A program made the position numbers and the translations under genes. Below, in pieces: positions 43,071-56,554 of a stretch of 64,000 nt of DNA. Under the pieces are notes generated by a model, which did not search any database, was not told where the DNA came from, and saw only the letters and a list, made by a program, of their open reading frames with translations. Position 1 is the stretch's first letter. Each line of letters begins with the position of its first letter. Source of the stretch: Eledone cirrhosa. Taxonomy: Eukaryota. The stretch lies in the NCBI GenBank assembly GCA_964016885.1, contig OZ024742.1, positions 110,174,001 through 110,238,000 on the forward strand, in the 5' to 3' direction.

Positions 43071-43556
43071 CACAAAACACACACACACACACACACATAC
43101 ACACACACACACACATATATATACATGTATAATATATGTATATATACATACATACTTTATATGTATAATACAGAAAACTTTCACATTCTCTCTCCCTGTT
43201 ACTCGTTATTCGGTGCAGTCATCATTTTCTTCCCAGCCATATATTTCTTTCATTTCTATTGAAATAATCTTTCTCTATTATATCTATGCTTCTATTTACT
43301 ATGGAAATTGTCTCAAACATATCTATCTACATATCTGTATTGGAACTACACACATTTCTATCCGTGAATATCTCCCGTACCCCCTACAATGTCATTATGG
43401 TCTCTCATTTTTCCTTTCTTCATACTATTGTTTCATTTTCCGAAGATAATAATAATACATACGTACGTGCAAGCATGTATAAATACGTACGTAGATATAT
43501 ACTTTCTCTCTCTCTCTCCCTCTCTCCTCTCTCTCCCTCCCCCTCTCTCTCTCTCT

Positions 43557-43606
<50 letters not shown>

Positions 43607-43696
43607 AGTATATGTTGGTTGTATACCAACACCTCAGTATACAGGCTGGAGCACTCGACGAAGTGCGCAGGTTGGTTTGGTTACTCCGGAGTAATG

Positions 43697-43949
<253 letters not shown>

Positions 43950-45838
43950 ATAATAATAAATTTGAAGACTAAAATCCAAAGAGGGCTCGATAAGGATAAA
44001 TATATATCAAATATATAAGAACCGTAGAGCAAATATTTATTAAAATAACAGATTAAAGTTTAAGCAAAGAATCGCTGCTTTCACCCTTAACGGGTTCTTC
44101 TGAAACTAACCTAATATATATATATATATATATATATATAGTATTAGTTATACTATTTATGGTTATGTAAACACAAAACCTTAAGCAGTTGTAAGTATTT
44201 TACACACACCCTAAATAGTGGTAGGCAGTAATGTATTACTACCTTATTACCAGTAAGTTAAGTAGCTCCATGTAAAAACATCAGATGATTTACAGAGCAG
44301 TTATATGAAATATAAGAATCAAAGAACTGTTCAAAACATTATTGTGCTTACAGCTGTTTCCTCCAAACCGAGGTTTGGATTCTTCGGAGCAATTTATTAA
44401 TGCATGGACAGTTATATGACCTCCTTTTCAGCCGAGAGACATACCAACACATATTCAAACATTGATACATATTCAAACATTGTGGGTCAACATTCATTAC
44501 AGAATTTAGAGTGGCAGTACACACTTCGAGATTACATTTATATTAATAGGTACAATCAAAAATCAAAGATATAGGTTAAAGTACAACATGAAGATAAGTG
44601 GTTACATAGTGCAAATATTATATGTGTGGCACGCATGTGCGTCTTGTTTATATAGTGTGGCAGAGAGCTATGTGTGGTAGAGGCACTTAGGTAGGTAAAT
44701 AAGAGTGTTAGGTTGGTAGATCTGGTGGCAAAGTCTTTATATGATTGATATAGTCTGTGTGTGGAGAAATATTATAAGCATTAAAGATAGTGCAAGCATT
44801 AAAAGTGTTATAAGTATTGGAGATGCACAGCGCAGGGATGTCAAGTAATTCATGTACTTCGGCATTTTCATGGTCAAGGGAGTGTATATTTCGATTATAT
44901 GCCTTTCACATAATCCACGACAATCCAGTTAGAGATCGTAGTCTGGTGTTCTTTAGTTCGATACAGGAGGTTGTTACGTTTCGAGAAACGCCATTGAATA
45001 CCGGAAGTGTGTGTGTGGCTAAGGGGAGTTAATGCATGCGGGGAGGTAACTCTGGGGTTTCTATATCTAGCCATTAAAATGTGTCCCAGTATAGACCCTA
45101 AATTCTATGGTGAGGTGCACCTTCCAAGAGAGACTTTTAAAGCATAAAGTGTACTAACTATAGAGTAGTTTAACTAAATTATGCTGAAGGTGATCATATT
45201 ATTATTAAGGTGGATTAACCCATCATAAGGTGCTACAAATGGAAATATAGATGATGAGCGAGGATTCTAAATTAATGATCTCCGTGGTTGTAGTCTGCTC
45301 ATATGACCAGGCGCGGTGATTGCAGGATTGCTTCAGGACCCAATGATCTCTGGTAAGATCTGGGTCATCACTTGCTACATTGGATGTCGAAAGATAATCG
45401 TCCCCAGGCAGGCCAAAGGTCAATCCGCAGTCCTCACGACCCCTCTCTGACCGTCAGATCATCCATATACGTACAACCCGCACGGCAGTTGCATTGCATT
45501 CACTCACTGCGCTCAGCAGCCCGGTCCTACTGGTCAACAGCGCTACTCGATTAAATCATTTTACATCTGTCTAAGGAAGGTGTTTCCTCTGCCCAACACC
45601 ATCCAACCGATCAATTCATGCTCAAATTAAATTACCCCTAGAGCGGTGTAGTGCCGTTCAAGTGGGTGGATGTTGTCACACCTGCCGTAGAGGTATAAAT
45701 GGGTATTTTCCCTGCGAAGGGTTCCAGAGGGATGTCGTTGTTTGTGTTATAATGGATCAGCTAGTGTTGGGTATGTAGTATAGGGTGTGTCTCTGGTGTT
45801 TGATGCTAGATGTGGTGTTAGGTTCCAGTCCGACATTG

Positions 45839-47211
45839 CTATATATAGGGCTTAAAGTTTTGGAAGGAATGTCTGAGGCGGTGCTGGCAAGTTGCAAACA
45901 CCTCAGATTTTTTGTTAAGTAGGTTACGGTTGGAGAAGATAATATTGTGTGTCTCTAGTATACAGAGGTTACAGAATTTATTAGGTGGTTTGTACGAGGT
46001 CGCGCTTCCTATCACTTCCCATTTGAGTGTGTATGGTTTATTTTTAGATTTTAGATAGTGTATGTAGCTAGAAAGTGAGGTGGAGTTGGCTAGGCTGTGC
46101 TTTTTGAACGAGTGGATGTGCGAGTTATATCTGATTTTGAAGCAGTTAGAAGTGGAGCCTACATAGGTTTCTGAAGAGTTATTAGTCGTGACTGTGCATG
46201 AGTATATGACATCCTTGGTTAGGCATTTTTTATCTAAAGGGCAGGTTCTATTAGCTCTACAGTTACAATTATTCTGTGCGTTAGTCCGCTGGTTATAATG
46301 CAATGCGGAAGTCTGTGTGGTGGATATAGGATTTTGGGTGTTCGGGTTGACAACCCTGGTGTTATTACTTATACTAGTGTTATTTCTATTGTTACTGCCG
46401 TTGCTATTGTTGCTTGCTACAGTGGTATTTAGAGGGTTTGCATCCCGTTGTGATTTTGTTTGTTGGAAGTAAGAACTAATTTTACTATTATTGTTGCTAG
46501 CTATGTGGTATGCTAAGTTAGGCGTCGTAGAGTATGAGATTTTAATGGTGTTTTTGTTTAAGAGGTTGTGGTACTTGTGTCCTAGAGGGAAGTTTTTATC
46601 TAGTAGTGAGAAGAAAGCCCTAGGTATGTTGGTGGAGACATTTAGGTTGAAAGGAGGGTTGAAAAATGTATTATTTCTTCTTCTATTTTTGCTTTTAGTG
46701 TTTGGTGTGTTGCTTCCTCCTAAGGCCTCACAGTAGTTTCCATGGTAATGGTTACTTCCGGTGGCACCCTCCGCTTTGGTGTACTTGTGGTTGCTATTCC
46801 TATTATTAGATTTCCTCATGGACATGTTGTGCGAGATGATGTTGTAGCTATGTGTTTTCTTAGGTAGGAACTCAATTTCTATATTATGGCCGGAGCTAGC
46901 TAATGCTTGATTGTAATATTGTGAGTTTTTGCTAAATATGTTTGCGTCATAGGACAGACTAGAGATTCTATTGGACACCCCCTTAGAGATAGAGTTTAAT
47001 ATTGATCTAGGGTGATTAGACTTGGTATCTACGTAAATAAGTTTCTCATTAGGCTTATGGAAAGGTGTATATATTTTTGAGTCTAGGTATAGTGTGGCGT
47101 CTAGGAAGTTAACATTTTTAGTGTTTTTGTCCATGGTGATACTAAGGTTAAAGTTTTTGAATGTCTTATGCAGTTGTTTTCTAGTTCTTTCTATATTAAA
47201 TTTTTTATATT
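45839..47211 (-). CDS. C-terminal part of the Penelope-like ORF: late RT/thumb, Asn-rich linker, GIY-YIG endonuclease
   Basis: VNFLD, HKPNEKLIYVDTKSNHP, FNPPF, KISYSTTPN, CNCx5Cx5C, VIY..YVG..R..H, CNLC..E..CQH. The start at 47230 in the ORF track is an artefact of the inversion junction. Confidence 0.9.
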
Positions 47212-48914
47212 CTAGCCAACTCCACCTCACTTTCTAGCTACATACACTATCTAAAATCTAAAAATAAACCATACACACTCAAATGGGAAGTGATAGGAAG
47301 CGCGACCTCGTACAAACCACCTAATAAATTCTGTAACCTCTGTATACTAGAGACACACAATATTATCTTCTCCAACCGTAACCTACTTAACAAAAAATCT
47401 GAGGTGTTTGCAACTTGCCAGCACCGCCTCAGACATTCCTTCCAAAACTTTAAGCCCTATATATAGCAATGTCGGACTGGAACCTAACACCACATCTAGC
47501 ATCAAACACCAGAGACACACCCTATACTACATACCCAACACTAGCTGATCCATTATAACACAAACAACGACATCCCTCTGGAACCCTTCGCAGGGAAAAT
47601 ACCCATTTATACCTCTACGGCAGGTGTGACAACATCCACCCACTTGAACGGCACTACACCGCTCTAGGGGTAATTTAATTTGAGCATGAATTGATCGGTT
47701 GGATGGTGTTGGGCAGAGGAAACACCTTCCTTAGACAGATGTAAAATGATTTAATCGAGTAGCGCTGTTGACCAGTAGGACCGGGCTGCTGAGCGCAGTG
47801 AGTGAATGCAATGCAACTGCCGTGCGGGTTGTACGTATATGGATGATCTGACGGTCAGAGAGGGGTCGTGAGGACTGCGGATTGACCTTTGGCCTGCCTG
47901 GGGACGATTATCTTTCGACATCCAATGTAGCAAGTGATGACCCAGATCTTACCAGAGATCATTGGGTCCTGAAGCAATCCTGCAATCACCGCGCCTGGTC
48001 ATATGAGCAGACTACAACCACGGAGATCATTAATTTAGAATCCTCGCTCATCATCTATAATTTCCATTTGTAGCACCTTATGATGGGTTAATCCACCTTA
48101 ATAATAATATGATCACCTTCAGCATAATTTAGTTAAACTACTCTATAGTTAGTACACTTTATGCTTTAAAAGTCTCTCTTGGAAGGTGCACCTCACCATA
48201 GAATTTAGGGTCTATACTGGGACACATTTTAATGGCTAGATATAGAAACCCCAGAGTTACCTCCCCGCATGCATTAACTCCCCTTAGCCACACACACACT
48301 TCCGGTATTCAATGGCGTTTCTCGAAACGTAACAACCTCCTGTATCGAACTAAAGAACACCAGACTACGATCTCTAACTGGATTGTCGTGGATTATGTGA
48401 AAGGCATATAATCGAAATATACACTCCCTTGACCATGAAAATGCCGAAGTACATGAATTACTTGACATCCCTGCGCTGTGCATCTCCAATACTTATAACA
48501 CTTTTAATGCTTGCACTATCTTTAATGCTTATAATATTTCTCCACACACAGACTATATCAATCATATAAAGACTTTGCCACCAGATCTACCAACCTAACA
48601 CTCTTATTTACCTACCTAAGTGCCTCTACCACACATAGCTCTCTGCCACACTATATAAACAAGACGCACATGCGTGCCACACATATAATATTTGCACTAT
48701 GTAACCACTTATCTTCATGTTGTACTTTAACCTATATCTTTGATTTTTGATTGTACCTATTAATATAAATGTAATCTCGAAGTGTGTACTGCCACTCTAA
48801 ATTCTGTAATGAATGTTGACCCACAATGTTTGAATATGTATCAATGTTTGAATATGTGTTGGTATGTCTCTCGGCTGAAAAGGAGGTCATATAACTGTCC
48901 ATGCATTAATAAAT

Positions 48915-48961
48915 TGCTCCGAAGAATCCAAACCTCGGTTTGGAGGAAACAGCTGTAAGCA
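48915..48961 (+). ncRNA. Penelope-associated minimal hammerhead ribozyme (mirror copy at 44345-44391, minus strand)
   Basis: tgct-CCGAAGA-a-TCCAAACC tc GGTTTGGA-g-GAAAC agct GTA-agca; palindromic stem III ACAGCTGT; U4C core variant. Confidence 0.82.
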
Positions 48962-48992
48962 CAATAATGTTTTGAACAGTTCTTTGATTCTT

Positions 48993-49091
<99 letters not shown>

Positions 49092-49113
49092 CTATCTATC
49101 TATACACACACAC

Positions 49114-50740
49114 GATGACGTGACAGTAATGGTGTCGACGGCCTCCGAAATCGAGGCGGTCGGCACCTTACTGGAGGAGTACGAAAGGTTCACAGGGGCT
49201 AAGCTGAACCAGGACAAGTCAATCGGTTTGCAACTCGGCACGTGGAGGGGTAGACCGATGCCCTCCGATGGCGTTGTCGGACGCTGGACGGAGGGCCCGG
49301 TGAAGTTGCTCGGGGTCTGGTTCGGACCGGACCTCCAGGTGGAGTGAACTGGGCGGAGGTTACGAACAGGGTGTTTGCACTGACCCAGAAGTGGGCCAGT
49401 TGCAAACTATCCCTGAAAGGTCGGGCGGAGGTGGCGAACACCTACATAGCGTCCGTCATCTACTACCGCCTGACCGTAGTGCCCTGCCCAAGGGAAACCC
49501 TCACCAAGATGGAGCGCGCACTCTTCCAATTCCTTTGGAAGAGGCGGGCTCCTATGGTGAGGAGATCCATCTGCTGTCAACACCCTTCGAAAGGAGGGCT
49601 GGGGATGCCGTGGCTAATGATGCGTAAACACGCATTAAGGCTACGGCACCTCTACGTATTCCTCACCGGTCAACCGGTGTGGGCCTCGTTTGTGAGACGA
49701 ACCTTTCCCAGACTCGTCTCACTCACCGAGCTGCAATCCTGGGTCAAGCAAAGACCGAGAAAACTGGGCGCCTGGCACACTGAGTGTGCCCAGGCGCTCA
49801 CAGCCCTCTGGCAGGCGGATCCGGTTATCAGTGGAGCCTCCACCGCAACATTCTATAGAGGGCTGGTAAGCAGCAAGTGCGACGACGCCCTCGGAGAAGC
49901 CCTAGACATGGAGGAGGACGAACTGGCCAGCCTGTTCGGTAGGACATTCAGCCCGGGACCTATGGACAACTTCCAGAAGTCCCTGGCCTGGCAGTGCTAC
50001 CGAGGGGCTTTACCCGTTCGAGAAAGGCTCTACAGATACGGGCGCCCGGGTAGGGACCCCGCCAAAAAGATCTGTCCCAGATGCGTGTGCGACGAGGAAA
50101 CCGTTGCACACGCATTGGTACACTGCTCGGGCGTAGCCGATCTGTGGGGCTATGTCGAACAACTGCTGTCAAGAGTGGGACCGATCCGGTTGACCACCGA
50201 GTCTATTGTAATGATCAAGCCGCCTCCCCACTTCAAAGATGAAGCAGAGGCGGTGTTTCTGTGCGTAATAGCCATGGCGAAAGAGGTTGTATGGTGGACG
50301 CGTCTGAAAGGACTGAGGTCAGGCACCTTTCTCTCTGGCCAACAACTGGTCCGTTTCTTCCGATATCATTTCGGAAGAAGGATCAGGATGGAGAGAGAGG
50401 TGCTCCACCCCAGTCGTTTTTATGAAAGGTGGGTGAAAGTGGCGAGAATGGCCCGTGTGAATGGGCCTTCTCTTTACATAAGCCTGTAGGTGGAAAGGAG
50501 GAAGGAACGAGGGAGCACCCCCTCTCTGTGCTCCCGAGGAAAAGGGTTGCACACTTTTTTCGGGGGTGTGTGCGCCTTCTCTCTATTGAGGATTTTGTTA
50601 TACATTTTATTTTTTGTTATATTTTATTTTATTTTTATATTTTGTTATTGCCTCCTCCTTATTGAGGACGCCTTTTTGTGTAAACTCCCCTCTTTGTACT
50701 TGTCCCACTTTTGATGCCCTGGTGGCAAATAAAAGAAACA
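49114..50740 (+). mobile_element. Tx1 copy 6, 5'-truncated, close relative of copy 1, with a 21-bp TSD
   Basis: TATCTATCTATACACACACAC at 49093-49113 and 50741-50761; ORF 49344-50489 nearly identical to 1288-2439. Confidence 0.93.
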
Positions 50741-51014
50741 TATCTATCTATACACACACACACACATATATATATACATTTATTTTGGTTTGTGATATGA
50801 AATTGTGTGTTGAAACAGATATTGTTATATTTGGGGAGGGTCATATTGTTATAATATTGCCTGAAATAATAATAAAACACACTCACTGTTTGGTTTGGAT
50901 TGGTTTTCGCTTCTATATCTTTTATATCTCCATATTTAATTTATCTGGCAATCAATGTTTATCATTGATTGACCAACGTTTAAAAATACAGATATAAATA
51001 TATATCTATATATA

Positions 51015-51945
51015 TCTATATATATAAAACTGAGTATGTCTGTCTGTGTGTGTGTGAGTTTGAATCCCTAAAACTCGAGAAGCACCAAACCGACTGTTTT
51101 CAAACTTTACACATGTAATACCTATGTTTCAGGGAGTGTTCTGAGCAAAAACATTTCAAATTTTCAATGCCCTAGAGACCGCATTAGGCGATTTAGCAAT
51201 CTCTCTCTATAATTCTTAGTCTTTCTCTTTTTAGATAGATACACACATATAACGTCGCGCCCTTATAATATCTGTCTGTATGTCTGCCTGTCTGCATTAC
51301 GTCACTTCCCTGAGGATGTCTGTCTGTGTGTGTGTGTGTCTGAGTTTGAATCCCTAAAACTCGAGAAGTACCCAACCGACTTTTTTCAAACTTTATATGT
51401 GTATTACCTATGTTTCAGGGAGTGTTATGCACATAACAAATTCAACTTTTTGATCCCCTAGGGCCCGCATTAGGTGAAAAACTGCGTTTTTTTCAGGTTT
51501 TTAGGTTTTTTTTTGAGGCGTTACGTCAGACCGATTTCCTTGAAATTATAACTATGTATTAGTCAGTCTCTTCTTCATACCGTGAGCAAAGAAAATCCAA
51601 TTTATTTTATTGCCTAGGGCCCGCATTAGGTGAAACACTTCATTTTTTCAGCTTTTTAGGGCTTTTTTGAGGCGTTACGTCTAGCCGATTTTCCCGAAAT
51701 TTCAAGGCATATTATGCACATAAAAAAAAAATTAATTTTCTTGGTCTCCTATGGCCTGCATTAGGTGAAAATCTGCATTTTTTCTGTTTCATCGAGGAAA
51801 ATCTTAAAGATTATCCAGCCATCAGACTATTCGGTTTATTTTCTTTAAATATTGTACAGGCATGCAGTTTTTCCACGATTAGATCTGTTGGCGGCCCGCG
51901 TTCCAAAATACCTTATCCCGTGCAACTTCGGGTACCACTGCCAGT
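51015..51945 (+). mobile_element. Non-autonomous Helitron-like element
   Basis: 5' A|TCTATATATATAAAA; internal direct repeats (TAGGGCCCGCATTAGGTGAAA variants); subterminal hairpin CCCG..CGGG followed by CCAG|T (canonical end is CTAG). Confidence 0.7.
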
Positions 51946-52624
51946 AGTCTATAAAAATATGTATATACATAGTCTACGCCATGGCGTAGACATTACAATA
52001 CCACTGGAGGAAACAATAGTACCACTGATAATGTCACAGATGTGTGACGAAAGAAGTTTGATAGACTATATATATATTCCTTCCATATACTGTACCGATT
52101 CTGTTGTTATTTGTTTACCTTTTACACACACACATATGTGTATATATATCATTACAAAATATTGAATGACATATATACATATATATCTAATGATATACAC
52201 GTACAATATAACAGATCAACTTTAACTGGAGAAAATCTGCATTCAAACACATTGTTCAATTCAGTATCATGTTAAAATTTAACAAATATTTAAAATATAG
52301 ATACCTGATAAAAACTATATATATTTCTTTATACGTATCCTTCAGAAATCATGAATACATTTCACCCAAATTATAAGTGCAGTTAGATGATAGATCTGGA
52401 TCGTTAGTAAAGGAGAATGAATCCATCTGCACTTACGAAAAATACAGAACTGAGAACAACGAAAGAAGCACATGGTGTTATCAAAAGAATCACCGTATAC
52501 TGTCACTGTCCCAGTGACGTGAAAGGGTTTAAAGACAACTAGAAATAGCAGCCTACTCTCTCAACATAGTAGAAGCTGAAACAAGTAGGAGCATAAATAT
52601 TTTTCATTTCAAATTAAAAATGCA

Positions 52625-52712
<88 letters not shown>

Positions 52713-52851
52713 ATATTAAATGAGGAAGTAAACAAATCTCTACACGCGTATTGATACAAGTATAAATATATACATACATACAGGGTGTTCACCTTATACT
52801 GAGTTTGGTTCAATGAAATAGTTAATAAAAATTAACGGATTCAGAGCCTAA

Positions 52852-53200
52852 TAATATCAAATATGGAAAAAGCAAACAGGTTAAGAAAATTTTTTTTACC
52901 TACTCCCTTTAATGCTACTTTCTAGTAGCACGCTGCCTACCATAGTCCACTATGCTACCCTCCTGTTGGTCACTTGTCACGTGATAGTTCTTTCATTCGA
53001 AATCTTCACTGACAACGAACGGCTGGGAATTCTTATCCTGAATTTTACATCTGGACTGAGAAAGTCTCCTGAGGATTTAGGATTTCTTACGTTATTCCAT
53101 TCGGAGTACCGTTATTTTCCTAATGAAACTGCAGTAGGGACATTAAAGTCAGTAGGTAAAATTTTTTTCCTTAACTTGTTTGCTTTTTCCATATTTGATA
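52852..53200. repeat. Inverted-repeat element with about 50-bp arms and an internal hairpin
   Basis: ATATCAAATATGGAAAAAGCAAACA..TTTTACCTACT is mirrored at about 53150-53200. Confidence 0.7.
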
Positions 53201-53271
53201 TATATATATATATGACATGGCTATAGAAATGAGGGTTGTTTGCATAACTACAAACGAAAAACTCAGATTAC

Positions 53272-53303
<32 letters not shown>

Positions 53304-53310
<7 letters not shown>

Positions 53311-53956
53311 GAATTGGTGCTCTGAAATAGCTATACATATATGAATGTATATATAGTGTATTTTGCAATACACTGTATGCTTAATTAAAAGCATTTAGAA
53401 GACCTTATGCTATTGTTTTAGAGTAGTGACAGACTCACTTACTTTAATTTTCAGCAAACAGGGGGAGATAAAGCTGACAAGGCCTTGTTTCGCATTTATT
53501 GATGCTTATCAAAGCCAACTACTCCTCCTGTCTGCTGAAATCATGTCACTACTCTAAAACAATAGCATAAGGTCTTCGAAATGCTTTTAATTAAGCATAC
53601 AGTGTATTGCAAAATACACTATATATACATCCATATATATACAGCTATTTCAGAGCACCAATTCTAATTTTCAATTTCTGCTTGACTGGCAACCGCTCTG
53701 TATAATCAGTTCCTGATTATTTACTAGAATTCTATAAGAACCAAACATCCATGATTTCAGCAGACAGGAGGAGTAGTTGGCTTTGATAAGCATCAATAAA
53801 TGCGAAATAAGGCCTTGTCAGCTTTATCTCCCCTGTTTGCTGAAAATTAAAGTAAGTGAGTCTGTCACTACTCTAAAACAATAGCATAAGGTCTTCGAAA
53901 TGCTTTTAATTAAGCATACAGTGTATTGCAAAATACACTATATATACATTCATTTA
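53304..53956. mobile_element. Fold-back plus partial tandem non-coding element in (TA)n with U3-A8 hammerheads
   Basis: About 53304-53542 (minus) mirrors both about 53543-53671 and about 53753-53956 (plus). Confidence 0.82.
53779..53823 (+). ncRNA. Type I hammerhead ribozyme with U3-A8 core (mirror copy at 53472-53516, minus strand)
   Basis: ggct-TTGATAA-GCAT caataa ATGC-GAAA(C/T) aaggcctt GTC-agct; palindromic stem III; long outer stem ttcagcagacagg / cctgtttgctgaa. Confidence 0.8.
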
Positions 53957-53987
53957 TATATATATATATATGTTTCTTTTATATATA

Positions 53988-54627
53988 CGAGGTGTATCAG
54001 AAAAGCAACAGGAGTTTTAGTGTGCTATATGAGCTATAGCTATGAGTGGGGTAGGAACTATAGGGACTAGCGGGTTGCATCACAGTGTGACGTAATATCC
54101 GGGGAGTATATAACTGAGATCTCAGCTCTCTGCAGCCAATGTATGTTTTTTCACGTGCTCTTGTTAACAGCTCCTCAGTTTTAGGATTTCGTTTAGGAGC
54201 AATGAACCAACGTAAAGTTTCTGGTCCGGCTGGTGAAATCTACGTCAGAAGCACTCAGAAATTCTGTAGCAAGTGTACGGAGATGAGACGATGTCACACT
54301 CACGGGTTTTCGCGTGGCTCGAAAGGTTCAAAGAGGGACGCGAGGAAGTATAAGATGACCTCAGGAACGGAAGGCATTCAACGAGCTGGACTGAGGACAA
54401 GGTTGAGCGCGTGAGGCAAGTGGTGGGTAGCGATTGTCGACTGACTGTTCCACTGCTCGCAAGTGAGCGACAGTGTTTGGAAGATTATCACTGAAGATCT
54501 GGGCACGTGGAAGATCTTCACGAAGAACGTTCCGAGCATCCGGCAGTTCCTGGCCGAGAAGAACATCGCCATGCTGGAACAACCGCCCAACTCACCCAAC
54601 ATCTTGTTTCATTTCTGACACACCTCG
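53988..54627 (+). mobile_element. Internally deleted mariner (Tc1/mariner) element
   Basis: TIRs CGAGGTGTATCAGAAA and TTTCTGACACACCTCG with TA on the left; transposase remnants VYGDETMSHSRVFAWLERFKEGRE and QFLAEKNIAMLEQPPNSP. Confidence 0.85.
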
Positions 54628-54668
54628 AATATATATTGTGGGTGTATATGTATTTGTATATGTATTCG

Positions 54669-54754
<86 letters not shown>

Positions 54755-55317
54755 TAAGGTTCTATACAAAACAGTGGTTACAGAGAAAAGGTGAAATTGG
54801 AAATAGCACGGAAAATATAATTAAGGATCTGTTTTTCTTTTTTTTTTCCTTTCTTTAATTCGTCAAAGAGACATTATTGAAAAAAATGAGAGAGACAATT
54901 CTTTTAAAAAAGAGTTTTATAATGTATATAAAGTTTATAAAGTATAACTGGTTTCGATGTATTAGTAAAATTCATCTTATCAAATGTTGAGTATTACAAT
55001 TAAAAAGAATTAATAAGAATTAAAAACTAAAAATTAAAGATTTAAAATAAAGTGTTGAGGTAAGTTTTTTCATCTTCCTTTTTGAGAAGGAGACTGGAAA
55101 AATGAACTCTTGTGTATAGAGAGAGAGAGGACTACACCTCTATATCATTTTTAAGTGAACATGATTTAAAAACAATATGTTGAAGTGAACGTGACTCAAC
55201 GGGTGACGGGTGGTCTAGTATATAATAACATTTTTTAAAATACCCTTTCTTAATTATGGTTACCCCCTGGCACAGCTCGGGAATCTACACATTATAAATA
55301 TATGTATATGCATGTAT

Positions 55318-55430
<113 letters not shown>

Positions 55431-55957
55431 TATATATATATTTGTACTTCTTTCTATCTCTCTCATTTATATGTGTATATGAAAATACTATATAGCCGCA
55501 ACAACTCACACACACTCCTGATAATATGTTTCTACATGTCTGTGTGGTATGTGAGTGTCTGAATATTAGTCATTTGGTCCTGTCGATTGATGTCAGTTTC
55601 TCGTGTGAATTTTCTTACATTCAATTTCATTTGATGTGAGGATAATTTGAAATCCTTGTACTTGTTCATATTCTAACTTTCTTTAGACCTATTTTTCAGT
55701 TATTTTTTGTGGAAGGAAAAGTTTCTTATTCTTTTAAAGTTTTCTATACTATTGCATGTCTTTAATAATTGGCAAATAGAACTGTATGACATTATCATTT
55801 CCAGCCTGATATAAAGCTATTGAATTCGTTCATTTTTCCCCTTACAAAGCTGACTCCATTCTGGTCAATTAAAAATATGCTTTAGATCTCACATGAAAGT
55901 CACTTCAGCGGGAGAAAAGATAAAATTCAACTGGTTTTATCAATTATTAGTATTATT

Positions 55958-56507
55958 AGGAGGATTAGCAGTATCGGTAGAGTGTCGGACAATATGCTTT
56001 GCGGCATAGAGTTACGGTCCTTTAGGGTCTGAGTTCAAATCCCGCCGAGGTTAAATTTGCCTTTCATCCTTACGAGGTCGATACAATAAAGCACGAATAA
56101 CACACTGGGGTTGATTTAATCGACCCCCGCCCCAATTGCTTGCCTTGTGCCTATATAAGAAACCATTATTATTATTATTATTATTTAGGGCGATGGATTG
56201 GCAGTATCGGTAGAGGGTAGGACGCCATGCTTTCCAGCATAGTTACGTCCCTTTACGATCTGAGTTCAAATCCCGCCGAGGTTGACTTTGCCTTTCATCC
56301 TTACGGGGTCGATAAAATAAAGTACCAGTAATGCACTGTGTGATTGCTGGCCTTGTGCCTAAAGTAGAAACAATTTTTATTATTATTATTTCCATTCAGA
56401 GTTCAAATCCCGCCGAGGTCAACTTTGCCTTTCATCCTTACGGGGTCGATAAAATAAAGTAGCAGTAATGTACTGGGTTATTGCTGGCCTTGTGCCAAAA
56501 GTAGAAA
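55958..56507 (+). mobile_element. Three head-to-tail tRNA-derived SINEs separated by (ATT)n
   Basis: Copies at about 55958-56165, 56188-56373 and 56396-56507 (the last 5'-truncated), followed by (AAT)n(ATT)n to 56554. Confidence 0.9.
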
Positions 56508-56554
56508 TAATAATAATAATAATAATAATAATTATTATTATTATTATTATTATT

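Larger units (their letters stand above)
44141..49004 (-). mobile_element. Penelope-like element (probably Naiad clade), 5'-truncated, with an inverted copy of its 3' 1.79 kb, inserted in (TA)n
   Basis: 44302-46093 is the reverse complement of 47212-49004; TA tracts flank both ends; RT/GIY-YIG ORF; a hammerhead in each arm. Confidence 0.92.

Noticed and set aside
44817-45554. Short ORFs duplicated in both arms of the large inverted repeat
   Set aside because: 60-71 aa with no recognisable motifs; the duplication is explained by the inversion.
51180-51780. Spaced TAGGGCCCGCATTAGGTGAAA repeats resembling a CRISPR array
   Set aside because: The intervening sequences are homologous to each other, the context is eukaryotic and no cas genes are present; these are Helitron-like internal repeats.
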